From assembly GCA_043826455.1 (NCBI GenBank), contig JBDRQD010000015.1:224001-288000 (forward strand): 64,000 nt of DNA, written 5' to 3'. The position numbers were made by a program, and so were the translations under genes. Shown one piece after another: positions 9,630 to 19,946 of the stretch. This DNA is from Candidatus Bathyarchaeota archaeon (GTDB lineage: Archaea; Thermoproteota; Bathyarchaeia; TCS64). The notes beneath the pieces were generated by a model, which searched no databases, was not told the DNA's origin, and saw only the letters and a program-made list of their open reading frames with translations. How positions within the stretch are numbered: position 1 is the stretch's first letter; every line of letters begins with the position of its first letter.

Positions 9630-10580
9630 ATGAAAAACAACAACATCCAGGAAGAGGAGACTAACTCCTGCCCGTCATGCGGGGGCACGAGGATAGTCAG
9701 TGACAGGGTCACAGGCGAGAAGGTGTGCGCACAGTGCGGCATGGTGGTCACAGACACTGAACTGAACACGGGCCCAGAGTACAGGGTATTCAACCTCCAG
9801 GAGGAGGACCGCAGAAGAACCGGGACAGGGTACAGCTACACGCTCTACGACAAGGGGCTCTCCACGGTCATCAAGGGCGACAGGGACGCCCAGGGCAACA
9901 GGCTCGACTACGAGACCCAGCGGCGGATGAGGCGGCTCCAGCGCCAGGACAACCGCAGCAAAGTCAACGAGACCCAGGCCAGGAACCTGAGTATAGCCAT
10001 GTCGGAGCTGGACAGGATGAGTTCAGAGCTCCACCTACCTAATAGCGTTAAGGAGCAGGCCGCCTTCGTGTACAGGAGGGCCCTAAAGAAGGACCTGATC
10101 AGGGGTCGGAGCATTGATGCCTTCGTTGCAGCCAGCGTCTACGCGGCGTGTAGAGTCCTGAAGGTGCCCAGACCACTGAAGGTTATAACGGCGGCCAGCC
10201 CAAGGGAGCACAGCGAAGTGGCCATGACCTACAGGCTTCTGCTAAAGGAGCTGAAGATACGGCCCCCGGTGGATGGTCCATACAAGTTTGTCCCCAGCAT
10301 AGCGTCTAAGCTGAACGTTAGGCAGCCTACTGAGAGGCTGGCCGTCGAGATACTCCGAAAGGCCGCCGAGAAGAAAGGTCTTACGGGAAAGGACCCGAGA
10401 GGCCTGGCAGCAGCCGCCCTCTACATGGCCTGTCAGGAGAACAACGACCGGCGCGTACAGAGGGTGATAGCTGAGGCCGCGGGCACCACAGAGGTCACCC
10501 TGCGCAACAGGTATCGTGGTCTCAAGGAGGTCCTAGACGATCTGCCTGAGCTGGACGTTCCGGCCCCGGTCGTCCATTAA
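9630..10580 (+). CDS. tfb: Transcription initiation factor IIB
   Basis: Zn ribbon CPSC..CAQC. Cyclin repeats LIRGRS..AASVYAACR and GKDPRGLAAAALY, C-terminal TEVTLRNRY. Start moved to the ATG after the GGTGA RBS. Confidence 0.95.
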   Translation: MKNNNIQEEETNSCPSCGGTRIVSDRVTGEKVCAQCGMVVTDTELNTGPEYRVFNLQEEDRRRTGTGYSYTLYDKGLSTVIKGDRDAQGNRLDYETQRRMRRLQRQDNRSKVNETQARNLSIAMSELDRMSSELHLPNSVKEQAAFVYRRALKKDLIRGRSIDAFVAASVYAACRVLKVPRPLKVITAASPREHSEVAMTYRLLLKELKIRPPVDGPYKFVPSIASKLNVRQPTERLAVEILRKAAEKKGLTGKDPRGLAAAALYMACQENNDRRVQRVIAEAAGTTEVTLRNRYRGLKEVLDDLPELDVPAPVVH

Positions 10581-10614
10581 AACATCAAGTTTTTTCATCT
10601 AGCCCTTTTCCTAT

Positions 10615-11787
10615 ATGGGTATGCTTCAGGCTCAGTCCAGGGAACGGTCTCTCCTACTGCTGATGGTAACTCAGCTCTCCACGGGCTTCAGCATGGGCAT
10701 CATCGAGCCCATTCTGAGTCTCTACGTCAGGAGCCGAGGCCTCACCATCATGGAGGTGGGCCTCCTAGGGACCGCGTCCATGCTGGGCTGGTTCATTTTC
10801 GAGCCCATAATGGGGGTCGTGGCCGACAGCGTCAGGAAACGCACCATGATGGTGGTAGCAATAATCGGCGCCACAGTCATCTACGCAGTGTACCCATTCG
10901 CCACGACCCTGACCCACTTCGCACTACTGGGGTTTGCACGCAGTTCTGTGATGTCCGCCTACTCGATCCCCGTCAAGGCACTCACGGCCGAGCTCCTACC
11001 CCGCCAGGACCGAGGACGGGCCTACGGACGCTTCATGACTGTGGTGAGCCTGGGAGGGATGATAGCCCCTTTGATCGGTGGGTTCATCTCCCAGGCGTCA
11101 GGCTACCTTGTCCCATTCTACGCCTCGGCCGCCGTCGGCCTCGTCGGGTTGACAGCCATAACGGCCATAAGGCACGACGACAGGCCCCAGGAGGGCGGCG
11201 CAGCGCTGAGGGGGTGGAGGGATATCCTCACTGCGCCCGTGCTCAGCGTGTTCAGCGTCAGGGGCATCTTCTTCGTGAACTCCGGGTTCCGCTCCAGCTT
11301 CCTCCCCATATACCTCAACGAGTCACCCCTCTTCAACGCCTCCGAGGCACAGATAGGGGCCTTCTTCACCCTGGTAAGGCTCTCCGGCGCCGTGAGCAGA
11401 TCCATGATAGGCGACCTGTGTGACAGGCTCGGCAACAGGCTGATGATAGTGGCCTCGGTGGCCATGCTCGGGGTGAGCTACGGGGCCCTGCTTATTGGTG
11501 GAGGCGTTTGGGTCATGTACGCAGTAGCCTTGGTGCAGGGCGTCTCTATGGCCGCGGCCGACACGGGCATGATGCTTCACCTCATCTCCGTCATGCCGGC
11601 GGGGAGAACCGGGGTGGTCATGGGGATGTACAGCGAGGCCGAGAACATCGGCGGACTGATCTCGACGCCCACCCTGGGCTACCTTTACGAGAACATCGGG
11701 GCAGGCTCATCGCTGGCAGCGGTGGCCGCCGCCATGTGCCTGAACGCGTTACTGGCTTATCTGGTGATAAGGAAGAAGGAGGACTAG
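10615..11787 (+). CDS. MFS transporter
   Basis: About 12 TM helices. Motif-A-like GVVADSVRKR and GDLCDRLGNR. Confidence 0.88.
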   Translation: MGMLQAQSRERSLLLLMVTQLSTGFSMGIIEPILSLYVRSRGLTIMEVGLLGTASMLGWFIFEPIMGVVADSVRKRTMMVVAIIGATVIYAVYPFATTLTHFALLGFARSSVMSAYSIPVKALTAELLPRQDRGRAYGRFMTVVSLGGMIAPLIGGFISQASGYLVPFYASAAVGLVGLTAITAIRHDDRPQEGGAALRGWRDILTAPVLSVFSVRGIFFVNSGFRSSFLPIYLNESPLFNASEAQIGAFFTLVRLSGAVSRSMIGDLCDRLGNRLMIVASVAMLGVSYGALLIGGGVWVMYAVALVQGVSMAAADTGMMLHLISVMPAGRTGVVMGMYSEAENIGGLISTPTLGYLYENIGAGSSLAAVAAAMCLNALLAYLVIRKKED

Positions 11788-12503
11788 GCGCCCTTGGGCA
11801 GGTGTATAGCTATCCTGCAGACGTCATCCCCGTGCATCACCGTCTCCAGGACCTCCACCTCCACAGGCTCCCCTAAGATGTACTCCCAGATGCCCTTGTA
11901 GAACCCTGAGCCGCAGTAGCAGTAGGTCTTGCTCAGGGGCTCACCTCCGTCCTTGATTATGTCCCTTACCCTGGGGCAGTGACAGTAGTGGAACCTCCTG
12001 GCTTCGGGGTCCTCCTCGGCCCAGTAGGCGGGCCAGTCGAAGGGCATCTTGGTTGCTATGATGGTGCTCCCCTTGCGTACACCCGCCACGCCCCAGCCCC
12101 TCTCCTCTATGCCTTCGACCTCCTCGTCGCTCAGATTCAGGAAGCCCTTGGTGTTCTCCAGGAACTGCTCCTGAAGCATGACGTGGACCCTGTCGATGTC
12201 CCCCGTCTCCCGATAGACGCTTCTCATCTCAGCGAGCCGGGGCTTAGGGTACTGGCACGCGCACCCGGTCATGACGTCAGCCGCCTTCCCAGGGTCTATC
12301 TTCTCAAGGCGGCCCAGTAGGGCTCTCGTCCACTCGATGACCTGGGGGCCGGTGTCCTCGGGTTGGTGTTCGGCGCCCTCCATGACGCTCTCGGCGTGGT
12401 CCGGGAGGCGCTCCTCCAGGCACCTGTTGAGCTTGGCGAGCCACTGTTTCTCGAATCCGGGACTCGGACCCCCCTTCTCGAAGTCGTACTGGTCTGCTGG
12501 CAT
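11784..12503 (-). CDS. Cys-rich DUF6144-like protein (V4R-like C-terminus)
   Basis: CAC, YCHC, YCYCGSGF..WE.ILG.PVEVE..ETV..GDD.C pattern. Confidence 0.65.
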   Translation of the reverse strand: MPADQYDFEKGGPSPGFEKQWLAKLNRCLEERLPDHAESVMEGAEHQPEDTGPQVIEWTRALLGRLEKIDPGKAADVMTGCACQYPKPRLAEMRSVYRETGDIDRVHVMLQEQFLENTKGFLNLSDEEVEGIEERGWGVAGVRKGSTIIATKMPFDWPAYWAEEDPEARRFHYCHCPRVRDIIKDGGEPLSKTYCYCGSGFYKGIWEYILGEPVEVEVLETVMHGDDVCRIAIHLPKGA

Positions 12504-12591
12504 GTGTGCTCCTTACGTCTCCGGTTGTTAAAGTGTTTGTACTGAGGTTTTACGTTTTTTCATGATCCTTCTTAGGGCTCATTGAGAGCCC

Positions 12592-13734
12592 TCAAATACC
12601 CTTGTTGTCGATGACCGCCACTTGTAGCACAGCCGCAGCCAGGAACCCCACAAGCCCCAGGGCGAAGATCACGTTCCTCCAGCCCGCAGCCATGAGCAGT
12701 AGGCCCCCCAAGCCGGTCCCCAGAGCGTACCCCAGGTTCGTGGCCACACTACTCACACTCGTCATGGTCCCCCTCTGGCCCGGGGACTGCTCCAGGATGA
12801 GGGCGTTGAAGGCGCTGAACCTGAAGGAGTCAAAGAGGTGCCCGACGAGGATGAAGGCCACGCACGTCCACAGGGACGGGGCGGCCCCCATGAGCAAGGT
12901 GAAGAGGCTGAAGCCGGCCACCCCCAAGATGGTCACATTCTTCCTACCAAACCTGTTCACCAAGCCTCCGGTGACGTAGCTGCCCGGCATGAAGAAGAGA
13001 GCGGTGGCCGCGTACACCAGCCCCGTGGTGGCCACGGAGGCGCCGTGCCACTCCTGCAGGTAGCTAAAGCTGTACAGGTAGAGGCCCTGAATGGAGGCGT
13101 TGGCCAGCACCACGGCGAGGAGACAGAACAAGGCTGACGCGCTCCCAGCGATCTCCCTGAAGCCGGTTAGTAGGCCAACCTTCTCCGTCCTCAGCGGCGT
13201 CGATGGCAGCCACCGCAGGCACGCTATTAGCCCCATGGCCGACATGGTCCCGGCGAAGGCCAAGAAGGGGAGCCTCCACCCGCCCACGCCTGCTATGAAG
13301 CTGGTCAGGGCGCCCCCGATGAGGAAGCCGAAGCCCCCGGCCACGCCCAGGTACCCGAGCACGTATCCTCTGCGCTCCAGCGGGTAGTACTCCGCCACCA
13401 GCGTGTTGGTCATGGGGAAGACCATGGCGACCCCGAGGCCGCTCAGCCCCACTGCCAGCGTCAGAGCCTCCAGGTCCGGGGCCAGGAACCCGCCCAGGCT
13501 CGACGCCAGTAGCAGGGCGAGCCCCGCCTGTAGGATGCGCCTTGGCTGGTGCCTGGTGGCGAGGGCGCCGACGGCCAGCCCCCCGATGATGGCCGCAACA
13601 CTTGATGCAGTCCTCATCTGGGCGGCTACCGCCACGGGCACTCCCAGGCTCTGGCTGATCTCCACCAGAAGGACGCTGGTGACTATGATTATGGGGTACG
13701 TGCTGAAGCTGGATGCGAGAAGCGCCGGCAACAC
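12592..13734 (-). CDS. MFS transporter
   Basis: About 12 TM helices. GGLVNRFGRK and GWRLPF motifs. Confidence 0.85.
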   Translation of the reverse strand: MLPALLASSFSTYPIIIVTSVLLVEISQSLGVPVAVAAQMRTASSVAAIIGGLAVGALATRHQPRRILQAGLALLLASSLGGFLAPDLEALTLAVGLSGLGVAMVFPMTNTLVAEYYPLERRGYVLGYLGVAGGFGFLIGGALTSFIAGVGGWRLPFLAFAGTMSAMGLIACLRWLPSTPLRTEKVGLLTGFREIAGSASALFCLLAVVLANASIQGLYLYSFSYLQEWHGASVATTGLVYAATALFFMPGSYVTGGLVNRFGRKNVTILGVAGFSLFTLLMGAAPSLWTCVAFILVGHLFDSFRFSAFNALILEQSPGQRGTMTSVSSVATNLGYALGTGLGGLLLMAAGWRNVIFALGLVGFLAAAVLQVAVIDNKGI

Positions 13735-13933
13735 GAGTTTGTCTTTCTCCGTGAACTCCGCCCTTCACCTTCATAACATGTTGGCGTTGTTATCATTTTC
13801 CTACATCCACCTGTATTGGAAACGTTTTGGTGGGCTATTGGTTTAAACCCAATACCGGCTCCTTTTCGGTGAAAGAGGCGTAAAAAGGGATTATCCAGAA
13901 AGACGTATATTTCCCCACACACCCCATGGTTGC

Positions 13934-14779
13934 ATGACTCCCCAGTTCATCGCTGAGGCGCTGCTGATAGCCCTGGGCTCAGGCTTCCTGGGCGCACTCC
14001 TGGGTCTGGGCGGCGGCGTGATCATGGTCCCCATCCTGGTGTTCGTCCTGGGGCTCCCCATCCACATCGCCGCCGGGGCCAGCATAGTGGCGGTGGTTGC
14101 AACCAGCAGCGCCTCGGCCAGCGTCTACGTGAGAGACGAGATCACCAACATGCGGCTGGGCATGTTCCTGGAGCTGGCCACGACCCTGGGAGCCGTCACG
14201 GGAGCCGGGCTCATGGCGGGCGCCAGCGAGTCGGCCCTGAAGACGGTGTTCGGGGCGACCCTCCTCTACGCCTCGGGGGTGATGTGGCACCAGATGAGAA
14301 GCACGGGGAGGAGCTGGGTTCCCATGCCCAACGACCATGTGGCCGAGAGGCTGAAGCTGGGCAGCAGCTACTATGACGCTGCCCGTGGGGAGGAGATCAG
14401 CTACGGCGTGTCCAGGTCTCTACCCACCTTTGTCATCAGCTACATAGCCGGGGTGGTCTCTGGCCTCCTAGGCATCGGGGGAGGAGGCATCAAGGTGCCC
14501 GCCATGAACGTGGTTAGTGGTGTGCCCATGAAGGCGGCCGTGGCCACCAGCAACTTCATGATAGGGGTCACGGCCGCGGCCAGCGCCCTGGTCTACATCA
14601 GGCACGGGTTCGTCGACAGCTTCGTCACGGCGCCGGTGGTGCTGGGGACCCTGGCCGGGAGCCTAATCGGAGCACGGGTGGCCCTGCGGGTCCGGGGCGT
14701 AGTCTTGAAGAGGGTGTTCATAGTCTTGCTGCTGTTGCTGGGACTCAGGATGATGGCCTCGGGGGTGGGGCTGATATGA
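13934..14779 (+). CDS. Sulfite exporter TauE/SafE family protein
   Basis: GALLGLGGG and SGLLGIGGG repeats, AVATSNFMIGVT. Confidence 0.9.
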   Translation: MTPQFIAEALLIALGSGFLGALLGLGGGVIMVPILVFVLGLPIHIAAGASIVAVVATSSASASVYVRDEITNMRLGMFLELATTLGAVTGAGLMAGASESALKTVFGATLLYASGVMWHQMRSTGRSWVPMPNDHVAERLKLGSSYYDAARGEEISYGVSRSLPTFVISYIAGVVSGLLGIGGGGIKVPAMNVVSGVPMKAAVATSNFMIGVTAAASALVYIRHGFVDSFVTAPVVLGTLAGSLIGARVALRVRGVVLKRVFIVLLLLLGLRMMASGVGLI

Positions 14780-15117
14780 GCATTCGCAGGATGGAGCTCT
14801 TCGTGTCCAGGCTACTCCGCCTCGGCGTCCTCTTGTGCGGAGTCACCATGGCCCTGGGCCTAGGCCTGCTCTGGTGGTCGGGAGACACCAGCAGCCCCTT
14901 CGGCGTCCTGTCCGTTGACTGGGTTCTGCTGGGTGACCCGTTCCTTCAGCCAAGCCACGTGCTGTTCCTGGGGTTCCTTATCCTGGTGGCGACGCCGGTA
15001 ATGAGGGTCGCCGCCAGCGTCGCCAACTACGTCTCTGAGGGGGACTGGGTCTACGCGGCCATCACGGGGACAGTGCTCGTCATTCTGGTGGCGGGCATGT
15101 TCCTGGGTCTAGGATGA
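14776..15117 (+). CDS. DUF1634 membrane protein
   Basis: LLRLGV..., LVATPVMRV. ATGA overlap with the TauE gene, its usual partner. Confidence 0.8.
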   Translation: MSIRRMELFVSRLLRLGVLLCGVTMALGLGLLWWSGDTSSPFGVLSVDWVLLGDPFLQPSHVLFLGFLILVATPVMRVAASVANYVSEGDWVYAAITGTVLVILVAGMFLGLG

Positions 15118-15181
15118 CCGGCTGACAGAGCCAGAACATCTCCTAGTAAAGAAAGGATGCGTGTAGAAGGTACCTGAAGTG

Positions 15182-15427
15182 TCAGAAGGCTGGAGCCATC
15201 CCAATGCCTGGCACGGCCAGAGCATAGCTCTGGGTGGCCGCCTCGTAGATGACTGCTCCCTGGGCAACGAGCTCACTGAGGGCCGCCCTTATCTGCCTCC
15301 TGGTGAGTGTGACGTGGAACTGGAGGTCCTCGACCCTGGCCCTGCCCTCCTCAAGGATGAGGGCGAGGGTTACCTTGTCGGAGTTGGTGATCCTGCGGAT
15401 GTGCTCCATACGATATCGCTGCGACAT
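15182..15427 (-). CDS. Small winged-helix DNA-binding protein
   Basis: Helix-turn-helix plus wing pattern (LTRRQIRAALSELVAQGAV...SY). Confidence 0.55.
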   Translation of the reverse strand: MSQRYRMEHIRRITNSDKVTLALILEEGRARVEDLQFHVTLTRRQIRAALSELVAQGAVIYEAATQSYALAVPGIGMAPAF

Positions 15428-15537
15428 TGTCTCGCACCTTCAATATAACCTTAACGCTTTCTGTCGAACCTATGTTCTACGATTGACGAAGTCAGGCTGG
15501 TAAACGGTAAAAGCCCCCGGGGCACCTATACCCTGGC

Positions 15538-16002
15538 ATGAGCGAGTACGAGGCGAAGCTGAAGACCTACATCAGGGAACACGGAATAGACGCCCGGCAC
15601 CTATCCTTCAACCAGTCCACACACTCAGTTGAGGATGCGTCCAGGGCCGTAGGCGCAGAGCCGCAGGGCTTCGTCAAGAGCATCTGCATGATCGCCGGGG
15701 ACGGCGACCTCGTGGTGGCCATCGTGAAGGGGGAGGACCGCGCCAGCACCAGCAGGGTCTCCAAGGCCCTGGGCGTCGAGGGTGTCAGGGTCGCCAGGCC
15801 CGAGGAGATACTGGAGAAGACCGGTTACCCCGTGGGCGGGACCCCCGCCTTCGGGTATCCGGCCACCTTCCTCATGGACCCCAGGGTCATGGAGTGGAGC
15901 CACGTCTACTCTGGGGGAGGCTCCGACACCGCCCTCACGTACATGTCTACTGGGGAGATGCTGAGAGCCAACGACGGCAAAGTGGTGAGGGTGAGAAAGT
16001 AG
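15538..16002 (+). CDS. YbaK/EbsC aminoacyl-tRNA deacylase family protein
   Basis: VKSI, TGYPVGGTPAFG, GGG motifs. Confidence 0.88.
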   Translation: MSEYEAKLKTYIREHGIDARHLSFNQSTHSVEDASRAVGAEPQGFVKSICMIAGDGDLVVAIVKGEDRASTSRVSKALGVEGVRVARPEEILEKTGYPVGGTPAFGYPATFLMDPRVMEWSHVYSGGGSDTALTYMSTGEMLRANDGKVVRVRK

Positions 16003-16017
16003 ACGCCCCGGTCTACC

Positions 16018-16707
16018 TCACTTTTCGTGACTCAAGTTTGACTCTATTTTTCTGATTCTTGACTCGATGAACTCAACGTAGTATTCATGACCCTTGTCCG
16101 GCTTCCTGTTCTTCACATATGACTCATAGATATCTGTGGCTTGCTTATCGTCCACAGCCTTCAAAGCATCCAGAACGGCTTGTTTGCTGATGCCCTCTGC
16201 GCCACTGATCAACGCCATGAGGCGGCACACCTCCCCCGCCACGACGGGTGCCATGTCTGGCCTATCCTTGATCAGTTCATCTAACTTGGAGAGGCGCTCC
16301 GTCCTCCATCTTATGAGGGCATCCATGTCGTAGCGGGGTAAAAGGTGGGCTACCTCCTCTCCGTAGACCACTTCGTGGTTCTCCAGGAAGTCGTGCAGGT
16401 ATATGGTCAGGAACTTGAAGCCGTAGCCCATGTTCAATGGGTCCCGGAGGTTCTCCAGCCGCTCCCAGGGCAGGTCGAGGAGCTTGTGCCCGACGCCCTC
16501 GACGCAGCCTCCGATGATTTCATGCAGGCGGACCATGTCGGGGGCCTCGTCCCCTACTATCACCAGGATGTCCAGGTCGCTGAGCCCTGGGACGAAGTCT
16601 CCCCTGATGTAGGAGCCGAAGAGCACGAGGGAGTGTATCTTGGACAACTCCGGATCAACAGTGATCCTCCTCCTGATACATTCCTTGAACGACACGCCGG
16701 TCACCAA
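16018..16707 (-). CDS. Pol-beta-type nucleotidyltransferase domain protein
   Basis: LFGSYIRGDF...SDLDILV (GS + DxD) followed by a helical C-terminal domain. Confidence 0.78.
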   Translation of the reverse strand: MVTGVSFKECIRRRITVDPELSKIHSLVLFGSYIRGDFVPGLSDLDILVIVGDEAPDMVRLHEIIGGCVEGVGHKLLDLPWERLENLRDPLNMGYGFKFLTIYLHDFLENHEVVYGEEVAHLLPRYDMDALIRWRTERLSKLDELIKDRPDMAPVVAGEVCRLMALISGAEGISKQAVLDALKAVDDKQATDIYESYVKNRKPDKGHEYYVEFIESRIRKIESNLSHEK

Positions 16708-16779
16708 TGCAACAGTGTATTTTTTAAGTCCTTTCTCGGTTCCATGGGCTTCGGCTTATTGATTATCTCGTCATTTAAT

Positions 16780-16787
16780 AAAAAAAA
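16780..16787 (-). terminator. Oligo-T terminator after the DUF6754 operon
   Basis: Run of T on the minus strand about 15 nt after the stop codon at 16802. Confidence 0.45.
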
Positions 16788-16801
16788 GTGGGTTTAAGTC
16801 T

Positions 16802-17479
16802 CTAGCGTCCACTGTACCACTTGATCTTCTTCGTGTAGTAACCGTAGCCTAGGCCTAGGATCACCAGCAGCAGCATGACGTAAGTGTAGATGGCGACTTC
16901 GGGCCTCAGCATGTCCACGAGCCGACCGATTACCAGTTCGAACCTGAAGCTGACGGTCTGTCCGTAGGTTACGCCGAAGGCCGCCAGCAGGAATATACGC
17001 CCTGTATGGTTAACGTACTTGTAGGGTCCCTCTGTCTGTGCCGTGAAGATGAAGTAGGCGGCGGCCGTGACCGTCCCGATCACCATCACCAGGTTGTCGA
17101 GGCTGGTCAGCGGCAGTATGGTTGCGTTTATCTGCCCCAGGAAGTCCGCCATGACGCTCGTCCTTATGGCCAGGCCGAGGCCCGCGCCGACCGTCACAGC
17201 TACAGGGTACCTTGACAGCCAGAGCCACTCCGTCTTGAGCCTGGAGAACAGCATCACGCAGAGGAGTATGGCTGCTATGTACACGTAGTTGCCTTGGAAT
17301 ACAGTGTTGATGGCGTTGGTCCTGACGTAGTTCCAGTTGGTGGCGAAGATGAAGCCACCCAGGATGCCCATGTAGAGGTTCTCGGTGAACTTGCTCAGCG
17401 GGTTGTCGCCTATCAGCACAGAGTACGCGCCTATGGACACGAAGGAGCCTGCGATGAGTCCGAGTAAGAAGCTGTCCAT
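16802..17479 (-). CDS. Conserved multi-pass membrane protein (DUF6754 cassette gene 4)
   Basis: About 7 TM helices. DNPLSKFTENLYMG and LSRYP motifs. 1-nt TAATG overlap with the upstream gene. Confidence 0.75.
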   Translation of the reverse strand: MDSFLLGLIAGSFVSIGAYSVLIGDNPLSKFTENLYMGILGGFIFATNWNYVRTNAINTVFQGNYVYIAAILLCVMLFSRLKTEWLWLSRYPVAVTVGAGLGLAIRTSVMADFLGQINATILPLTSLDNLVMVIGTVTAAAYFIFTAQTEGPYKYVNHTGRIFLLAAFGVTYGQTVSFRFELVIGRLVDMLRPEVAIYTYVMLLLVILGLGYGYYTKKIKWYSGR

Positions 17480-18321
17480 TACTTAGCCCCCTCCTCCTTT
17501 CTCGCTATGAAGTACAGTACGTTGCCTAGGACCACCAGGAACGCCCAGAGTAGTCCTCCGAAGTTTGTAGCCATGGCCTGCCCCAGAGCGAGACCAGGCA
17601 TGCCCATCAGGTACTCGTACTCGGCTGAGCCTCTGACCCCACCGATGATGCCAACCATCTGGCCCGAGTTGATGTAGGGCGTGTAGTTGGGCACCTCGTT
17701 GGTGGTGCACATCCCGGTCATGGGAATGCCGAAGGGCGTGACTATCTGTCTTACTCCGAAGGGTATGCTGCCCTCTGAGCCTCCCCACCAGAAGACCGCG
17801 GCGAAATCAGATGCCATGTTGATGTTCCTCATAAGAGGTATCTGGTCTATGGCTGTCCCGAAGTGATCCTCCGTCTTCACACTCCGTATGTCGTTTGCGA
17901 AGGCTGCTACGCCTGACTCTCCGCCCGGGACGTAGCCCATGTGGACCCAGTTCACGCCGTTCTCGGCTGCGACCCCGGAGGGAAGTTTTTCTAGTCCATT
18001 ATTGATGGCTGTCACGGTCCACGCGGCCGTCTCCGTGCCTATGCTGAAGAAAACTAGTTTGACGTCCTTCTTCAGCAGGTGCACGATCTGCACTTCCAGA
18101 CCTGGGCCGCCCTGAGGGTAGGTGGCTGCTCCTAATCCGCCCTCTATGAGGACGACGGAGCCTGCGGGTATGGCGTCGGCGAACTCGAAGGAATCCCGGG
18201 AGTACTGCTGAATATCCATGGGGAGTATAATCGGGTTAAGTATTGGGAAGGCCAGCGCGATGAACATCAACGCGAAGATGATCCTCTGGTCGAGCGCCAG
18301 CATCTTATCCATCAGACTCAT
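17479..18321 (-). CDS. Conserved membrane-anchored protein with a soluble central domain (DUF6754 cassette gene 3)
   Basis: N- and C-terminal TM helices. HMGYVPGGE and GGVRGSAEYE motifs. ATGA overlap. Confidence 0.75.
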   Translation of the reverse strand: MSLMDKMLALDQRIIFALMFIALAFPILNPIILPMDIQQYSRDSFEFADAIPAGSVVLIEGGLGAATYPQGGPGLEVQIVHLLKKDVKLVFFSIGTETAAWTVTAINNGLEKLPSGVAAENGVNWVHMGYVPGGESGVAAFANDIRSVKTEDHFGTAIDQIPLMRNINMASDFAAVFWWGGSEGSIPFGVRQIVTPFGIPMTGMCTTNEVPNYTPYINSGQMVGIIGGVRGSAEYEYLMGMPGLALGQAMATNFGGLLWAFLVVLGNVLYFIARKEEGAK

Positions 18322-18971
18322 TCTGATTCCCTCCTCTCTTCCCTGATCCCAAGGTGCTCCTTCTGTCTACCCATGAACACCCTGACGCCCAGACCCATGA
18401 TTCCTAGGCTTGTGCCTATGATCATCCCCCTGAACCCGGCTCCACTCGGGATGTTCCTTATCCATGTACCTAATGGTAAGACGGGCGGGAACAGTATGGC
18501 GCCGATGGGTATGAGCATCAGAAGTATCACCAGGGCACACACGAGCAACACAGCCGAGTTCCAGTTCCTGGCTCTCAGGACCCTGTAGGCGGCGGACGTG
18601 ATGTAGAAGGCGGTAAGCGAGTACAGGGCCGCTCCGATGGGCGACGTCATGTTGTTATAGATCCAAAGGAAAGTAGTGTCCCGTACATCGAGGACGCCTA
18701 GCCCCGCGGTTATGACGAAGGCCAGCACGTAGACGATGCTGTAGTACCACTCGCTTTTCCTTGTCCCTATCTTTTTACTGTGGTATATGGTGAGCACGAT
18801 GGTGCCCAGGATCAGGGCTGCGGCCGAGATAATGGTCACGAAGGACCGGAGCGTCACGTTCAAGCTCGTCACGGGTGCGGGCATCGGGAAGAAGAACTCG
18901 ATGATCATCAACAGCCCGATTATGGCGGTAAGTATTACCGGGATCTGCATTTTAACTAATCTTTCAGACAC
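18318..18971 (-). CDS. Conserved multi-pass membrane protein (DUF6754 cassette gene 2)
   Basis: About 6 TM helices. AFYITSAAYR and P..AGFRG..IG..LG motifs. GAGGTGA RBS. Confidence 0.75.
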   Translation of the reverse strand: MSERLVKMQIPVILTAIIGLLMIIEFFFPMPAPVTSLNVTLRSFVTIISAAALILGTIVLTIYHSKKIGTRKSEWYYSIVYVLAFVITAGLGVLDVRDTTFLWIYNNMTSPIGAALYSLTAFYITSAAYRVLRARNWNSAVLLVCALVILLMLIPIGAILFPPVLPLGTWIRNIPSGAGFRGMIIGTSLGIMGLGVRVFMGRQKEHLGIREERRESE

Positions 18972-18982
18972 TTCATCTCACC

Positions 18983-19762
18983 TCACATAGAAAACAGGCC
19001 CTTGATGCTCATCCCGAGGGTTATGAGGACGGAACCTAGAACAATCAGAATAGCCGCGATGAATTTGCCGATGTCCTGCCCTGCCAGCGACGAGGACACG
19101 GTCGGGTCCTCTGACACGTAGGCTCCGAGAGCGTACAGCTCCTCGCCTATGAGGCTGTAGTCGCAGATGGCCACCAGGAACGGGATGTTGTGGGTTGTGT
19201 CTGTCCCGCCGAGCATCATCGCCCCCACGCGGGCGGCGTTCTCCGTGAAGATGACGGCCTTGTGGTACCAGCTTCCGAGAAAGAAGGCGCCTGCCATCTC
19301 GTCGCTCCACATGTGGTTGATGATGTACATTCTGTCTGCGCCGTCTGGGAGGTACATCACCGTCTCGTCCAGCTTCAGCTCATCATGCTTGTTCTCAGCC
19401 CTGTAGGCCTCATCCACGATCTCGCTTGCGATGGTGTAAGCCAGACCCTGGGTAACGGGGACGAAGAACTTTGAGCCCAAGTGAGCAGCTTTTCGAGCCG
19501 TGTAGGCCAGGATCTGGAAGGCGGCCACCGTTGGCGCCAGCACGCTGGGGTTATCCATGGTCACGGTGTCCATTAGGTAGTAGGCGGGGCGCCCCATCTC
19601 CACGCACCTACCAAGGATCTCGTCGATGACATCGACAGCCTGCAGTCTCCTGAGTTTAGGTATTTTACCTGAGTATGCTCTTTGCATGTAGTAGATGATT
19701 GATCCTGCGATAACGACTAGGGTCAGAAGGCCGACGAGTCGGCCCTCAACAATTAATACCAA
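18983..19762 (-). CDS. DUF6754 domain membrane protein
   Basis: LRRLQAVD..DE..GR.VEMGRP and CDYSLIGEELYA.GAY motifs, with terminal TM helices. Confidence 0.75.
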   Translation of the reverse strand: MVLIVEGRLVGLLTLVVIAGSIIYYMQRAYSGKIPKLRRLQAVDVIDEILGRCVEMGRPAYYLMDTVTMDNPSVLAPTVAAFQILAYTARKAAHLGSKFFVPVTQGLAYTIASEIVDEAYRAENKHDELKLDETVMYLPDGADRMYIINHMWSDEMAGAFFLGSWYHKAVIFTENAARVGAMMLGGTDTTHNIPFLVAICDYSLIGEELYALGAYVSEDPTVSSSLAGQDIGKFIAAILIVLGSVLITLGMSIKGLFSM

Positions 19763-19946
19763 TTGTTTTCCCCAAAATCAACGTGTTCATATTTACTATA
19801 AATATTTAATCACTGTTTTCTGTATTTTTAAAGAAATATGTAAAAACATTTGAGGGCTTCATGATAATATTTATTTTTTCTAAATAAACGGCGTATTTTA
19901 TGAATAGCGTTAAATATTTTGGAAAAATAGTTTTTCTGATACTAAA

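Noticed and set aside
16018..16707. Nucleotidyltransferase as an MNT-HEPN toxin-antitoxin or CBASS-type defence gene
   Set aside because: No adjacent HEPN (RxxxxH) or effector gene, and the neighbours are housekeeping-type.
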